In this document: in pieces, positions 13,553 through 27,196 of the stretch
How positions within the stretch are numbered: position 1 is the stretch's first letter
How the letters are laid out: every line of letters begins with the position of its first letter
Origin: Laetmonice hystrix
Lineage: Eukaryota
DNA: 64,000 nucleotides
Direction of reading: 5' to 3'
NCBI GenBank assembly: GCA_965235115.1
Contig: OZ249440.1
Coordinates: forward strand, 31,808,001 to 31,872,000
Program-made: the position numbers and the translations under genes
Notes under the pieces: model-generated
What the model was told of the DNA's origin: nothing
The model's input: only the letters and a program-made list of their open reading frames with translations
Database searches by the model: none

Positions 13553-14339
13553 TATCGGGTGAATAAAAAAAACGCCCCGAACTTTAAACTTCAATATTTC
13601 AAAAAGTAATGATTGTAATTCAATGAAATTTTTCTGCATATCACTTCCTGATGTTGTCTCTTAGTTGTTAATGTTACAACTCAATAGCTTAGATAATATT
13701 TCCGTGGCACTAAAAACAAAAATCATTGTACAAAAGCGCAATGCCGTGCTAAAGCGAGTTGTAGTCGCACCCAGAGTCCCTGGCCTCACACTAGAGTAGG
13801 TGATCAATCGGTCCCCCGTTTTCACTCCATACTGCTCTCAGTCTCTTTTTCCATGAGCCAATGCACTTTCTGATCTCTGATAGGGAAATATCTTCCCAAC
13901 ATTGGGAAATACGCAACGTTCTGAATGTGTTTCTAAACGTGATAATGATACGATTTCCCTTGAACTTCTTGTTAGTCATATCGTCCTAATGTTGCAGTTT
14001 CTGTGTAGGGTTTGGCACATTAAACATCTGTTTTTCTCTAAAAGTACTAGGAATAGCACATATTTTATTATATCTAGTGGTCCACAACATGATACATTTT
14101 GTAAAACATGCAAAAACTGGCAGCTGCATATCTGACCTAATTCCGGCATTGCGGTTTTAGACACTGATTTTTGTTTTTAGCGCCACAGGATTAATATCAC
14201 AGCTATTGAGCTGAAACTTTAAAATACCAGAGATAATATCATGAAGTGATATTAAGAGAAATTTAATTGAATTATAATGCATAGTTTTTGAAATTTTTAA
14301 GTTGAAAGTTTGGGGCGTTTTTTTTTTATCGACCCGATA
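13553..14339 (-). mobile_element. Tc1/mariner internal-deletion derivative, copy A
   Basis: TIR TATCGGGTG.ATAAAAAAAACGCCCC; retains a transposase-like C-terminus WEDISLSEIRKCIGSWKKRLRAVWSENGGPIDHLL*. Confidence 0.85.
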
Positions 14340-14411
14340 TATCTATATTGACCATAGTACATAGTGCAAAGTACTGGTTCAGATAATGGGGGGAGCACTG
14401 TGCCAACTGAC

Positions 14412-14578
14412 CAACTTGAGAGATGTCATAAGGAGGTGCACGTCGACCATATCTGCCAGAATGAGGAGCCTTGTTACTGATGACAGCAAACCTCGGGCTG
14501 CACGAACCATGGCTCCTCTTTTCATGGAGGAGCACGGCTCATCTGCAAACTCCTGTGATGCCACACGCATCTGCTCCC
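14412..14578 (-). CDS. CTNNA: alpha-catenin internal coding exon, 167 bp
   Basis: Translates (G)EQMRVASQEFADEPCSSMKRGAMVRAARGLLSSVTRLLILADMVDVHLLMTSLKL. Acceptor TTTTACAG|GG completes the phase-1 Gly codon; donor TTG|GTCAGT (phase 0). Confidence 0.95.
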
Positions 14579-14970
14579 CTGTAAAACACAAACACAAAAA
14601 CTTAAATTTTATCTTAAGGCAGAGTATGACCATGAAAGATGTACAGGGACAGAAAAGTTGAGGGTTTATCTTGTTGTTAAGGTCATGTGCTACAAATCAA
14701 ACCCATTACATACCGATACTATGTATAATAGAAGGAACGAGCGTTTCTGATTATAAAAATGTATAAATATCCATATGTCGGCATGCTAACTTTTGTGTGG
14801 GATGTCTATAGAAAATCCATGTCTTGGCTACTTTGAGTGCTTCTTACACTCATCTGGGGGCCTTCAAGGTAAATTAAGGCTTTGCACAGGCATACATTTC
14901 CTATAAACCCAGGCTTATTACAAAAAAATAAGCATGGTGACATATAGTTTTCTACACGTTTTTAAACTGA

Positions 14971-15514
14971 AAAACACTTGTTCTTTCTCAGGCATCATAC
15001 CACCCTCCCTAAAAAATAAAGGAATTTAAAGGATTTTTTTTCCAAGAAAATAAAGAAATTTAAAGGAATTTAAGTTGATTTCTGAGAAAAATAAAGGAAT
15101 TTTAAAGGAATAGTCCAAGGCCTTTCATAAAGTTTAAACATGAAAGAGGCCAACAGGATTGTAGCCAAAGCGCAGACATGCGGCGCAGCGCCTCTGCCGT
15201 GCTGAGAATTTTCTTTTTTTTTTTGCTTGTCAGATTTTTTTTGCTTGTCAGGTTTTTTTCAAAACACTTGTTCTTTCTCAGGCATCATACCACCCTCCCC
15301 AAAAAATAAAGGAATTTAAAGGATTTTTTTTTCCAGGAAAATAAAGAAATTTAAAGGAATTTAAGTTGATTTCTGAGAAAAATAAAGGAATTTTAAAGGA
15401 ATAGTCCAAGGCCTTTCATAAAGAGGCCAACGGGATTGTAGCCAAAGCGCAGACATGCGGCGCAGCGCCTCTGCCGTGCTGAGAATTTTCTTTTTTTTTG
15501 CTTGTCAGATTTTT
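14971..15514 (+). repeat. ~290-bp tandem duplication
   Basis: AAAACACTTGTTCTTTCTCAGGC...GCTTGTCAGATTTT at ~14971 and ~15262, near identical. Confidence 0.85.
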
Positions 15515-16502
15515 CTTGGAGGGGTATTCCTGATTCGGTATAAGCATGTTCACGGGCAGTGGCGTAGCTACAGGGGCAGGGGGGCAATTGCCCCCTGGCT
15601 CTGAAAAAAAGGAAAATTCGGAAATTTGCCAAACTACAGTGCGGTTTTCCCAAGTTGAGGGATTCCTAAGGCCCAACCCAGTGCCGTCGTTCCCATTCTA
15701 GAGTCCCATTCGGTAAAATTGCTGTATATGGTAAAAATGTTCCGTTTTTTTGGGGGGGGGGGGGTTTGCAGACTTTTTTTTTTGCGCTTCTCAGATTTTT
15801 GGCTACAACCCAGGGCCAATATTCATACGACTATATCCCCTGGTTTTGGTTCAACTTACTTATGTATGGATTAGTGTCACATTAGCTTAGTGTCACATGT
15901 AAAACTCAAATAAATTGAAGTGAGACCAACAAAATGTTATGTGAGAATGCTCAACTGACGCCGTTGCAATCTAACCCTCATTCTCTCCCAGGGTTCACTG
16001 CACCGGGGAAAACGGGAAAGTGCGAGATTTAGCACTTCCGGTGACAACCCCACCAATCCCCCATTGACTCTGGCTAGGCCCCAACAAAAACGTTCAATTA
16101 AAAATACTAAACCACCGTAGATATTTTTAGAATCTATCCAGGCTCAATTCTACAGTTATCCTCCATCTATAAAATTCTATTACATTCGCATCTATTGTTT
16201 TGTCTCTTCAAGATTTACTCTAGAACTGTCAGATTACGAGCCTGCGAATTGCGGTGTCACAAAACTTTGCCAACCTCCGACGCTAACACTGCTTGGTTAA
16301 GAAATGAGGGGCCTTACTACACAATTCTAAGTATATGACATTATTTGGTTCAATATTTTAGCTCCCTATGTCATCTTTTGACGTCCTCACTTGTGTATTT
16401 CAGCAGTTAGAGGCGTTTGAACTGCTGAAGCGAAGCACTGGCCGCCATTAAGTTTAGGCTCTGCTGTGATCACATTCCATCATGCCCCATTGTGATGTAG
16501 CG

Positions 16503-17050
16503 TTATTGTTCATTGTTCCTGACGTCGCTGATGGGGTCTCTCGATTTTAATTTTAATTAATTGATTTTAAAACATCTAAGAGTTTGCTAGGGCACCTCAC
16601 ATTTTTCTAAGCCTTTGCTACATTCTGTTTCACAGTCTAACCCTCCTTTCTGATCAAAATAATCACCCCAGCAACCGTAGTCATGGGTTGAATAGAGACT
16701 CCCTATCTGGATCTATGCTAAGCGATAATAGGGTGTCACCGGAAGTAATATTTGCAGCACGAGACTTACAGTCCTTATTGTTCATTGTTCCTGACGTTGC
16801 TGATTCAGTGATTGGGTCTCTCTTTTTAATTCTAATTAATTGATTTTAAAATATCTAAGAGTTTGCTAAAGCACCTAACATTTTTCTAAGCCTTTGCTAC
16901 ATTCTGTTTCACAGTCTAACCCTCCTTTCTGATCAAAATAATCACCCCAGCAACCGTAGTCATGGGTTAAATAAAGACTTCCTATCTGAGCCTATGCTAA
17001 GTACTAATAGGGTGTAACTGGAAGTAATATTTGCAGCACAAGACTTACAT
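16503..17050 (+). repeat. ~270-bp tandem duplication (third partial copy ~17843-17950)
   Basis: TTATTGTTCATTGTTCCTGACG...GACTTACA occurs twice in tandem. Confidence 0.8.
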
Positions 17051-19262
17051 CCCTATGGGGTACTATATGCCAAAACACTCGGAAGGTGGCGCTTCCACCA
17101 ACTAAGCCATCCAAAAACGAGGTTACTATTGTAAAGGATAGGGTGGCTACCATCAAGCCACGATTACACTTCTTTCGGGTCGTTTGTAATATTCAGACAT
17201 CGTGAAAAGTGCAGACATATGTCTCTTTTGTTTTCGACATCAAAAGATACCTAATTTAAAAGATGACAAAAATTTTAAAAACCATTATTTGTATCAATGT
17301 TACCGGTTCGAGGCTAGACCTATTGTCAGAACCAATCAGCGACTGGCAGCCTAGACTAGCGTGACATTCAAAATGGCGGAGTTCCAGCTGTCACTTCAAC
17401 TTTTGTAACTATTGGAATAACATGCAAATCATGCCAAATGAACACCTAACGTGGCGTAGGTATCTGAAATGTGATATTTCATGAAATACCCCTCGTACAG
17501 AACTGAAGACTTGTCTATTATCTTTAGTCTACGCCCATAAGGTACTGTCGGCAGTGAGCAGGGACAATGTTTTGACCACGTGATTTGATTGTGCCGCAAT
17601 ATAGCCTAGACGTCTAGGCTGCTAAAAGACCTTCAGTTCGTCTATTTAGACTTAGGACAATCTTCTATGTCTCGATGTCGTGATGCTTCTTCTGTTAATG
17701 GTTGCTACTATGCTCACAATCTGTGATAAGCTAACGTGTGGTTCAGCAGAGCCTCCAGCCAGACTGAGCTAAGCCTAGCCAGGCCTACTGCATATCGTAG
17801 TTGCTGACAGCGCCACCTGTCGGATTAGTTCTGAGAGTACCCCATTGTTCATTGTTTCCGATTCAGTGATTGGGTCTCTCGATTTTAATTCTAATTAATT
17901 GATTTTAAAATATCTAAGAGTAATATTTGCGGCACGAGACTTACAGTCCCTAATATGAGATGTTGTTCGACCATTTGCAGCACCACTTTCGGAGAGAGGA
18001 GGCAAATCTAATTCTAAAATTAAAAGCCTTAAAGTTACAGGTATTTGAAAGCCTACTCAGAATTAGTGGTACGCTTTTGTCGACAACACCCCCACCTCAT
18101 ATTTGGAGGCCCCAGAGACACAATTTTCATGCAAATGGTTAGCAATTTTGCAGAGGTGGCGAAATATGGCTGTCAAATATGTGGTTAAAGGAATCAGGGT
18201 GCAAGCACTTTTAGAATCCTAAACTGGTTCTGTTCAACCCAAACAATATCATTTGAATGTATTTAAATTCATCACCTCGGACGTTTACAAATGTTGGGAC
18301 TGCAAACATCGTGTAGACAAGGTCTGTGAGCAGGGTAACACATAATGTTATGCAATACGCCGCGGTGTGCAGCATTCGGCTCTGATGAACACATAAGCAG
18401 GTCAAGGTAAAAACCAGCAGCGTCACACATCGGGCGGTTACACGTTAATTACTTCATTCAGACAACGTAATTGTGGCATTTATTGCCCTGAGGTAAATGC
18501 TGGTGTTTCATTTGGTCTACAAAACCTTATTTGCAATGTGGGTTTTCCCTCCCTTTAACAAGGAACTGGCCTGATACCTGGCGAATGACTCATAATAACA
18601 GAGACTTTTGAGTGGCAACTTGGGACTCTTTTTGCCTCACGACTTAAGTGCGTATCGCAGTAAAGTCGACCTGTTTACACCCCGACTGTGACGTCAGTAG
18701 CATTGATACTCTCGCACTCTCAGTTAGACACGGGGATTCCCCAACCAGCCAGGAGCAAGAAAACAACTTGTGATGGCATCGGCTGTGAAAAGAAATGTTT
18801 TGGGCTCGAAAGGTTGCCCATGGGACAGGCTCTCTGATGCACCCGGTTGACATCGCGACTTTTGACCTTCAAGGTCAAATTTCAAGGTCAAAGGTCATTT
18901 AGTGAAAATTTTCAATTTTCCCCATATATGTACCTTTTGACAAGGGCTATGAGATGGTTAGGGCTAGAATTCATGTCTAATCACCTAAATGGGCATATTG
19001 ATGACTTTAAAATTACAATTACCGGGTAAATGGAAAATATGAAGGAATCTTGAAAGAAAAATGCCATTTTCTCGAAACATTACAAGATCTACCATGTAGG
19101 GACTACCTCACTGTACTGTTTCTTTGGGTACTAGGCCAACCAGTACCATGTAGGGACTCTTCACTGTACTGTTTGGCCTCACTGTATTTTTCTTTTGAAA
19201 TGCACGGGCATCAGGGGTAACCCAATTACTTTGACAATGTCCCTAAAGAGAAAAGTTGTATA

Positions 19263-19360
19263 GTCCTCTACAGGAATCGAACCCAGGCCCTAAGATTACT
19301 GCACCCATTCGCATAGCATAAGGTGTCGACATCCATGCCCACTAGGCCACCGCCACTCCC
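19263..19360 (-). other. tRNA-derived Pol III promoter-like head (SINE/pseudo-tRNA)
   Basis: A box TGGCCTAGTGG (19339-19349) and B box GGTTCGATTCC (19273-19283); no acceptor-stem pairing; the B-box half is duplicated at ~19545-19603. Confidence 0.5.
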
Positions 19361-21142
19361 TGTTTGGCCTCACTGTACTGTTTGGCCTCACTGTACTGTT
19401 TGGCCTCACTGTACTGTTTGCTTGGGTACTAGAGCACCAGTACCATGTAGGAGCTCCTGACTGTATTTTTCTTTTGAAATGCACGGGCATCAGGGGTAAC
19501 CCAATTACTTTGACAATGTCCCTAAAGAGAAAAGTTGTATAGTCCTCTACAGGAATCGAACCCAGGCCCTAAGATTACTGCACCCATTCGCATAGCATAA
19601 GGTCTGTTTGGCCTCACTGTACTGTTTGCCCTCACTGCACTGTTTGGCCTCACTGGTTACATAGCGGCCTAATCACTACAGTTAGGTCGGGTATATAGGG
19701 CCTTAATCACTACCGTCCGGTGGGGGTACATAAGGTCCTAATCACTACAGTCAGGTGAGGTATATAGGTTCCTAATCACTACAGGCAGGTGGCGTTTATG
19801 GGTCATAATTTTGAACCATGTACAATTGCCTATTTTCAGACTTTCAGCAACTCAAGGTCAAATAAAATGAGACGAAATGCATAAATATGTGATTTTCCTT
19901 GAATTTTTTCCTATGAATGTCATTGCTACCTCTATTAGTGTGCACAAATAAGCTTGTACTGGTCAGGGAATGATTTAAAACGCTAAATACATCTGTTTTA
20001 CATAATACACGTATTACGTCATTATTGCAATGTTTGTATGCATATATCTGTTATTGTAATTCGCTACTGGAATTTTTACATAGGATTCGTCATGTACGTT
20101 CGCTCATAAAAAAAGCCTGAGTCAATAAAGGATAGGGGCCTAAAGAACCTATTGGTTCCATGTGGAACTATACCTTCATAAGAGGAACCCTTTTACTCGG
20201 TATAGAAAGCCTTTAGTTCCACGTGGAACCTAACTTTCCTACAAGGAACCCTTCTCCCCTGTATAGAACCTTTTGGTTCCATGTGAAACTTAACTTTCCT
20301 ACAAGGAACCCTTTTACCTCACGAGTATAGAGCCCTTTAGTTCCATGTAGAACTCTGAAGTTCTACAAAGAACCTGTAAGAACCCTTATTTCTGTCGTAC
20401 CAACAAATTTTCGGCTAATTTTTCATTACATTATTTGATAAGACATTTCTGCAAACCCCATTCGTTTTAAACTTCAGTTTGCCTTAAGCTTTATTCTTGT
20501 GTCATACAGCAATCTAGACAGTGTAATGCCGAATGACATTGTGTTCTTTGATAGTGTGGATGGCAGCTTTGATGCCAGAAGTGTTCTAACAATAGTAGCA
20601 GGACATCTATAGGGGCACAATTAGATAACCTTAATCCCCCGTGTTTTAGCACCTCTTTGATCCAGCGTCCAGCGTCAATGTGTCCGTTTCACAACTGACT
20701 ATTCCATCTCCTCTATGTCTTTGTTCAGTCAACCGTGTTCAGTCACTTGAGTCTGGCAATAAGATAATTTAAATCCAAGCAGGCTGCCCACTAAGGGCTT
20801 GGACCAATAGCTGGCCAGGATTATTCTGTTCTATTTGATTGGTTGGTTTGAGACCAGCCATTTTCCTTATGTTGTACCTTAAAACCTCACTTGGAATTTG
20901 ATAATGACACGACAATAAACTACAGCTCACATCAACAAGATTGTCGTCCTTCTGCTTGACACTCAGTTTTCTGGATGTTGTAAGGTGAGCCAAGTGGCCT
21001 TACGATATTTCTAAGAGTATAGTGCCTGACCCACTCTACGGCCATGATGCAACTGCCCACATCTAGGCTGATGATACACTTGTATCTTATAGCACAGAAG
21101 TGCATAGCTTTATTGTTTGGAGAGAGCGGAGAGTTTCAAATA

Positions 21143-22002
21143 TATCGGGTGGATAAAAAAAAACGCCCCGAACTTTAAACTTTAATATTTCAAAAACTAT
21201 GCATTATAATTCAATAAAATTTCTCTTAATATCACTTCATGATATTATCTCTGGTATGTTAACGTTTCAGCTCAATAGCTTTGATAGTAATCCCGTGGCG
21301 CTAAAAACAAAAATCAGTGTCTAAAAACGAAATGCCGGAACTAGGTCAAATATCATGCAGCTGCCAGGTGTCCAATTTGACACCTGTTTGATGCACCGCA
21401 TTGTACCTTGGGTAAAAAAAAATTCAATATTTAGTTTTTGCATGTTTTACAATATGTATCATGTTGTGGACCACTAGATATAATAAAATATGTGCTATTC
21501 CTAGTACTTTTAGAGAAAAACAGATGTTTAATGTGCCAAACCCTACACATAAACTGCAACATTAGGACGATTATGACTGTAACGAGAAGTTCAAGGGAAA
21601 TCGTATCATTATCACGTTTAGCAACACATTTAGAACGTTGCGTATTTCCCAGTGTTGGGAATATATTTCCCTATCAGAGTTCAGAAAGTGCATTGGCTCA
21701 TGGAAAAAGAGACTAAGAGCAGTATGAAGTGAAAACGGGGGACCGATTGACCACCTACCCTAGTGTGAGGCCAGGGACGCTGGGTGCGACTACAACTCGC
21801 TTTAGCCCGGCATTGCACTTTTGTACAATGATTTTTGTTTTTAGCCCCACGGAAATATTATCCAAGCTATTGAGTTGTAACATTAACAACTAAGAGACAA
21901 CATCATGAAGTGATATTACGAAAAATTTCATTGAATTACAATCATTACTTTTTGAAATATTGAAGTTTAAAGTTCGGGGCGTTTTTTTTTATCCACCCGA
22001 TA
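21143..22002 (+). mobile_element. Tc1/mariner internal-deletion derivative, copy B (opposite orientation)
   Basis: Same TIRs as copy A; inserted in the several-hundred-bp tandem units spanning ~21030-25320. Confidence 0.9.
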
Positions 22003-22567
22003 TATCCTAAGGAAACAAGACATAGCTCCTGGGCGCCAGTCTCTATACGACAAATTACCCAGACCTTCCAAAATCCTTAGATTTTTCACAGCTGGCTGGC
22101 ACCTGGCAATGGACAGACAGGAGGCCATTTGTGCGAAGGATAAACAGAGATATATTAAGGAATAGCCGTACTAGTAGAATCGTGTAGCAACAAAAATTGA
22201 GAGAGCGAGGTAGGGGATAGACAAGGAAAAAAGGGTCTGATTGTTGCCCTCCATAGTGGCTGGCGGACTCTATGGCCATGATGCAAGTGCCGACATCCAG
22301 ACTGACGATACTTGTATCTTACAACATCGCAGTGCATATACCCATTGGTTGAAGAGAGCAGAGAGTTTCAAATACTTATGTGTTCTAAGCAAACAAGACA
22401 TAGCTCCTGGGCATGGTTACGATCCTCGACCCTACCATCTCTTGCACGTCTACCATGAGGTCATTACTCAAACTTTAGAACTACCAAGGCCAGTCTCTAT
22501 ACGACCAATTACCAACATCTGCTAAAATCCTTGGTATTTTAAACCGATATAAATTTCAGACGATATA

Positions 22568-24336
22568 CCGTATATACCCAATAGATCGCCGCATTTTTTT
22601 CCCTGGAATTCCACCCCAAAGTTGGGGGTGCGGCCATCTATTTAGAACCTGCCCTTCCCGACCCACGGAGCAAGACTTCGGGATAGTTCCCCCACTGGCC
22701 ACCAGGGGGCACTACACTCGCGCATGAAGTTGACTCAGGTAGGGTGCAAACAGTCGTAATGCTAATCCACAGAACATCGCCATTATCATTAGTAACTATG
22801 TCTGTTAAAAGTATTTGACTAATTAATGGCTTTATTACTGATTTACTTCTCTTACATGTTATCTTTTCTTTTTCTAGACAATGCTACAAGAAGGAGGCTA
22901 GAGCCTTTTTGCAAGCAGTAGCCAAGATACCGTTGTCCAACACTCTTTTTCATTCTCCCAAATTTATTTGTAGATTTTTATACCTGAAATCACACTAGTG
23001 CGAATTCTATAATTAACTTTAGTAACCAATAAAGATATGAAACGCAATGTACGTCTTATTTTTATTTCTTTTATCACCAAAGCTAAAATATGATCGCATG
23101 TTATTGTAATGAAAAATTTATGGTAAGCCGACGGTCTGGATGGAAATCTGTTGTCTGTACCAGAGAGTTAAAACATGGGATGGGTGCTAAGATGCGGCAT
23201 ATTGATGCCGTAGTTTGTACTGCCTATTTGGCTGCCCGGGCTCCCAGCTATCAGTCCCGCTACCAAGACCGGGACCCCGGACCACTGTTGAGCCGGCATC
23301 CGTGGCACACGGCTGCTGCGCCAGGGCCGCCCGTGCTTTGGTTGGTCAGGATGTGAGGTTAGGGTTGTCTTTGGTGGGCTGTATGCCTCTATACATTGTA
23401 TTCTGTGGCAGCTCTAGCCTGGTTTAGTTGGGGGGGGGGGGGGCTTCATCCAGCTAGGAGTACAATATTATTCATGCATCATGAAGTTGCACTCCTCCGT
23501 CTACAACATGTATTGAAACACTGTATTAGGCCAATAAACTTAATCTAATAACAGTATGACGGTCATAGCCATTTCTCCCACCCCGATGGTTGCAGGCCTG
23601 AATATGCTTCCGTCTCTTTTGAGGTCGACTCGCTAATCTATGACAAAGGAAGGTGGGAACATTGGTAGACAATGCATAAAAGTAGAGCAAAGGCTTTTCA
23701 CTGCGCCCCCGGTGTTTGCAGCAATGTCCAGTCTGACCACGAATAATAGGTGTGATAAGAACGGGATACGTGAGCGGGTCACAGCTTGCATTCACACCAC
23801 GGCCTCAAAGCTGCGGAGGTATTATCCTAATCATGTGTGATCTTGACTCGTGAAAACACTCCCACTTGATAGCCTGTATTAATACAAAGACACTTGCATG
23901 TACTGGCAACTCTTAACAGCAACAACATTTGTGTATTGTACGCTTGCTAACACTAACCCCCAGCATCTTACCATTTCCCGCCATGACACGTGGCAGTTCT
24001 GCACGTCTGCTCAGTTGGTGAGACACCTAGTGGTAACTGTATGAACTAGACTGGTCATTGCATACGGCACCCGTGATGTCTTTAAAAGTGGGAGTGGGGG
24101 CAAATGAAACATTGGGGGAGTGGTAACGCTCTCAAGTTTCTTTAAAAGATGTTTTGAAAGCAAAGGAAAAGTTCTTGCTATGTAAACTTTTGTCTAGTAC
24201 GGCTTCAAGTGGTAGGCTTGGGGGGAACAGATCAGGAAGGAGCTCAGTCATTCTAAGAACCTTTTCCCCTGACCATGAGGTCCAAATCCCCCCTGCGGCG
24301 ATCTTTTGGGTGCGGCGATCTATTGGGTATATACGG
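22568..24336. mobile_element. pogo-type non-autonomous DNA transposon
   Basis: TIR CCGTATATACCCAATAGATCGCCGCA with TA TSD; an empty-site paralog is visible at ~24871-24910. Confidence 0.85.
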
Positions 24337-26879
24337 TATTTTCCCAATTATTGATTGATTTGCTAAGGTGCCCACATAGGCGGGCATGTCCGCAAATTTC
24401 ATGAAGAAAGGCCATTTGTACGAAGGATAGACAGAGATATATTTAGGAATAACTTTACTAGTAGAATCATGTAGCAACAGAATTTGAGGAAGGGACGTAG
24501 GAGATAGACCAAGGAAGAAAGGGTCCGATTGCTGCTCTCCATAGTGCCTGACGCACTCTACGGCCATGATGCAACTACCCACATCTAGGCTGACAATACT
24601 TGTATCTTATAGCATAGAAGTGCATAGCTATATTGGTTGGAGAGCGCGAAAAGTTTCAAATATGTGTTCATAGGAAAAAAGACATAGCTCCTGGGATTGC
24701 GACGATCCTCGTCCCTACCATCTCTTAACTATTAGGCCTATCATGAGGTCATTATTCAACCCCAGATCTAGCAACGCCAGTCTCTATACTACCAACTCCA
24801 GTCTCTATACGACCAATTACAGTCTCTATACGACCAATTACCCACACCTTCCAAAATCCTTGGTATTTTAAACGATATAAATTTCAGACAAGGTATTTCC
24901 CCAATTATTGCTTGATTTGCCGAGGAGTCCACATAGGTGGTGCTTTCCTCCACAAATTTCATCAATACGCCTACCATGAGGTCATTACTCAACCTTAGAT
25001 CTACCAAGGTCAGTCTCTATACGACCAATTACCAACTTCTGCTAAAATCCTTGGTAGGCTGACGATACTTGTATCTTATAGCATAGCAGTGCATAGGTAT
25101 ATTGGTTGGAGAGAGCAGAGTTTCAATATCTGTCCCAAGGAGACACGACATAGCTCATGGGCATTGTGTCGATCCTAGACCCTACCATCTCTTACCTTTT
25201 AGGCCTACCATGAGGTCATTATTCAACCCAGATCTAGCAACGTCAGTCTCTATACGACCAACGCCAGTCTCTATACGACCAATTACAGTCTCTACACGGC
25301 CAAATACCCACACCTTCCAGAATCCTTCTCTCCAGGCTGAAATCTCGAATCACTGAAATTTCGAATCGGATCCTGGTTTACTGGGCTGAGGGCGGATGTT
25401 GGGGTTACGGAGTTACAGGGTTATGGAGCTGGTACTGGGGTATGGAAGATGGTAATTGGGCTATGGGGCTTGTAGTGAGGTATTGGGATATGGTCATGGG
25501 GCTATGGGGCTCGTAGTGGGGTATTGGATATGGTCATGGGGTCATGGGTCCACAAATATGTTCATCAGCCCACGCGTGTGGTAAAAATATGTTGCATTTC
25601 TACCATTTCTCTAATTGAAAATATGTTTGTACTTCTTGCTGACAAAACTGAAAAATAAAGCCTTGTGTAATGTTTCGAGAAAATCACATTTTTCTTTCAA
25701 GATTCCTTTATAATTTCCATTTAATTGTAATTTTAAAGTCATCAATATGCCCATTTAGGTGGTTGGACATGAATTCTAGCCCTTGTCAAAAGGTACATAT
25801 ATGGGGAAAATGGAAAATTTGCACTAAATGACCTTTGACCTTGAAATTTGACCTTGAAGGTCAAAAGTCGTGATGTCAACCGGGTGCATCAGAGAGCCTG
25901 TCCCATGGGCAACCTTTTTAGCCCAAAACACTGCTTTTCACAGCCGATGCCATCAAAAAAATTTTTAACCATATTTTAGGGGGATGGCTGGTTGACTACC
26001 AGCATGTGCTCCGTTGTAGAGTAAACAGACATTTGTATCATTACTTGCTGCAACAGTTGAACGGCAACATGCCACATACGGAACGTCCCCCATCTTCTGC
26101 GACAGCTTCAACTCAAAAACGCAGGAAACGTCAACGAGATGCCAGTATATAGAGCTCAACGTGAAATCTTTATCGGCAATGCATTTGCGCGATGGGCGTA
26201 TTTACGGGAGGTGTTGACGTTGCGACCCAACTGTGACAATGCCGGGCTTGCTGAGGTCCTATATCGACAGTTGAGATTTTGATTAGATGTTTGGTCTGCA
26301 CAACATGGGTAAATTCTGATTTGAACATGGGATATCACGTCACTTGAGCCCACTGCGAAATGAGCCCTCATATGAGCCCCTCGGAGGTCCCCAAACCTGC
26401 CCGGGAAGAGCGAGTTGCCGACCGGTAACGCTCACTCAAACTGCACCGGGCAGGCTAAGCGGGCTGAGCACTGGCTTGTAGGGGGCCTTAATTTGCCCCA
26501 CGGTTCGGCCGGAGCTTGTAAGGGGCCTCGGTCGGTAGATAGACCTAGGCGGATCTAGGATTTTTGAAACTTTTAAACAATTGGATTATAATACAAATTA
26601 GTCATAACCCACGCCATCTCGTCTGAATCTGTCAACAAGCAGGTGCGCGTCACGTGACACCTGGAATTCCCGTGCGTTCCTAGTCCCAGTTCAAATGGCG
26701 TCATAATGCACAAGAACGGACTAACAGTGCATGGCTGGTGAATTCATGTTAATATGTCCAGATTATCATTTTTTTTTTCAGCTAAAAGGCAGGTGTTACC
26801 TTTGATAGCGTTTCTGCTTGATGTTGAAAGCGCTTGGGGGAAATATAGGAAAATTGGATGTTCGGATGTTCAGATAGTC

Positions 26880-27196
26880 GTTTAAAGGACTTTGTGATCA
26901 ATTTTCCTTTATTAGACTGAGAGAGATGAAGTAAACTTTTTTTGTAATGCACAAGGTGTATGCAGTGTTGTAACTCAGGCTGGGCCAAATTGACCAATTT
27001 TTTTTTCAACACCTGCCAGGCCCATGCCCATTAAAAAATAGGGGGAACGGTGGTTGGCTGGGTGTAGGTAAGGCTCAAAATTGGCGTCCATGCACTCGTG
27101 TACATGCCTCTGTATATTCCTCGCTATAACGCCACTCTCGCTATAACGCCAACGGCGCCTATCTTCCGAGGCTGGCGCTATAGCGAGGGAGGACTG
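26880..27196 (-). mobile_element. Partial copy of the 9909-10510 Tigger-type MITE
   Basis: Reverse complement of ~9909-10160, ending GAGGGAGGACTG|TA. Confidence 0.8.

Larger units (their letters stand above)
18772..25954. mobile_element. Non-autonomous long-TIR DNA transposon, MULE/Rehavkus-like
   Basis: ~310-bp TIRs starting GATGGCATCGGCTGTGAAAAG (18772-19080 vs ~25670-25954); subterminal minisatellites (TGTTTGGCCTCACTGTAC, CTAATCACTACAG, TGGGGCTATGG); no clean TSD and no transposase. Confidence 0.65.

Noticed and set aside
14326..14661. ORF-track starts at 14633 and 59580 as true initiation codons
   Set aside because: These ORFs run through splice sites; only the GT-AG-bounded parts match alpha-catenin.
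19263..19360. Functional tRNA gene
   Set aside because: A and B boxes are present but the acceptor stem does not pair and no anticodon arm is evident.
20500..20990. Possible ancient LINE RT remnant (DTTINYS-HINKIV)
   Set aside because: One weak frameshifted motif; not enough to call without a profile search.
23526..23840. CDPLTYP motif (Helitron-like) or captured gene inside the pogo-type element
   Set aside because: The match is too short, flanking residues do not extend it, and no long frame or splice pattern supports it.
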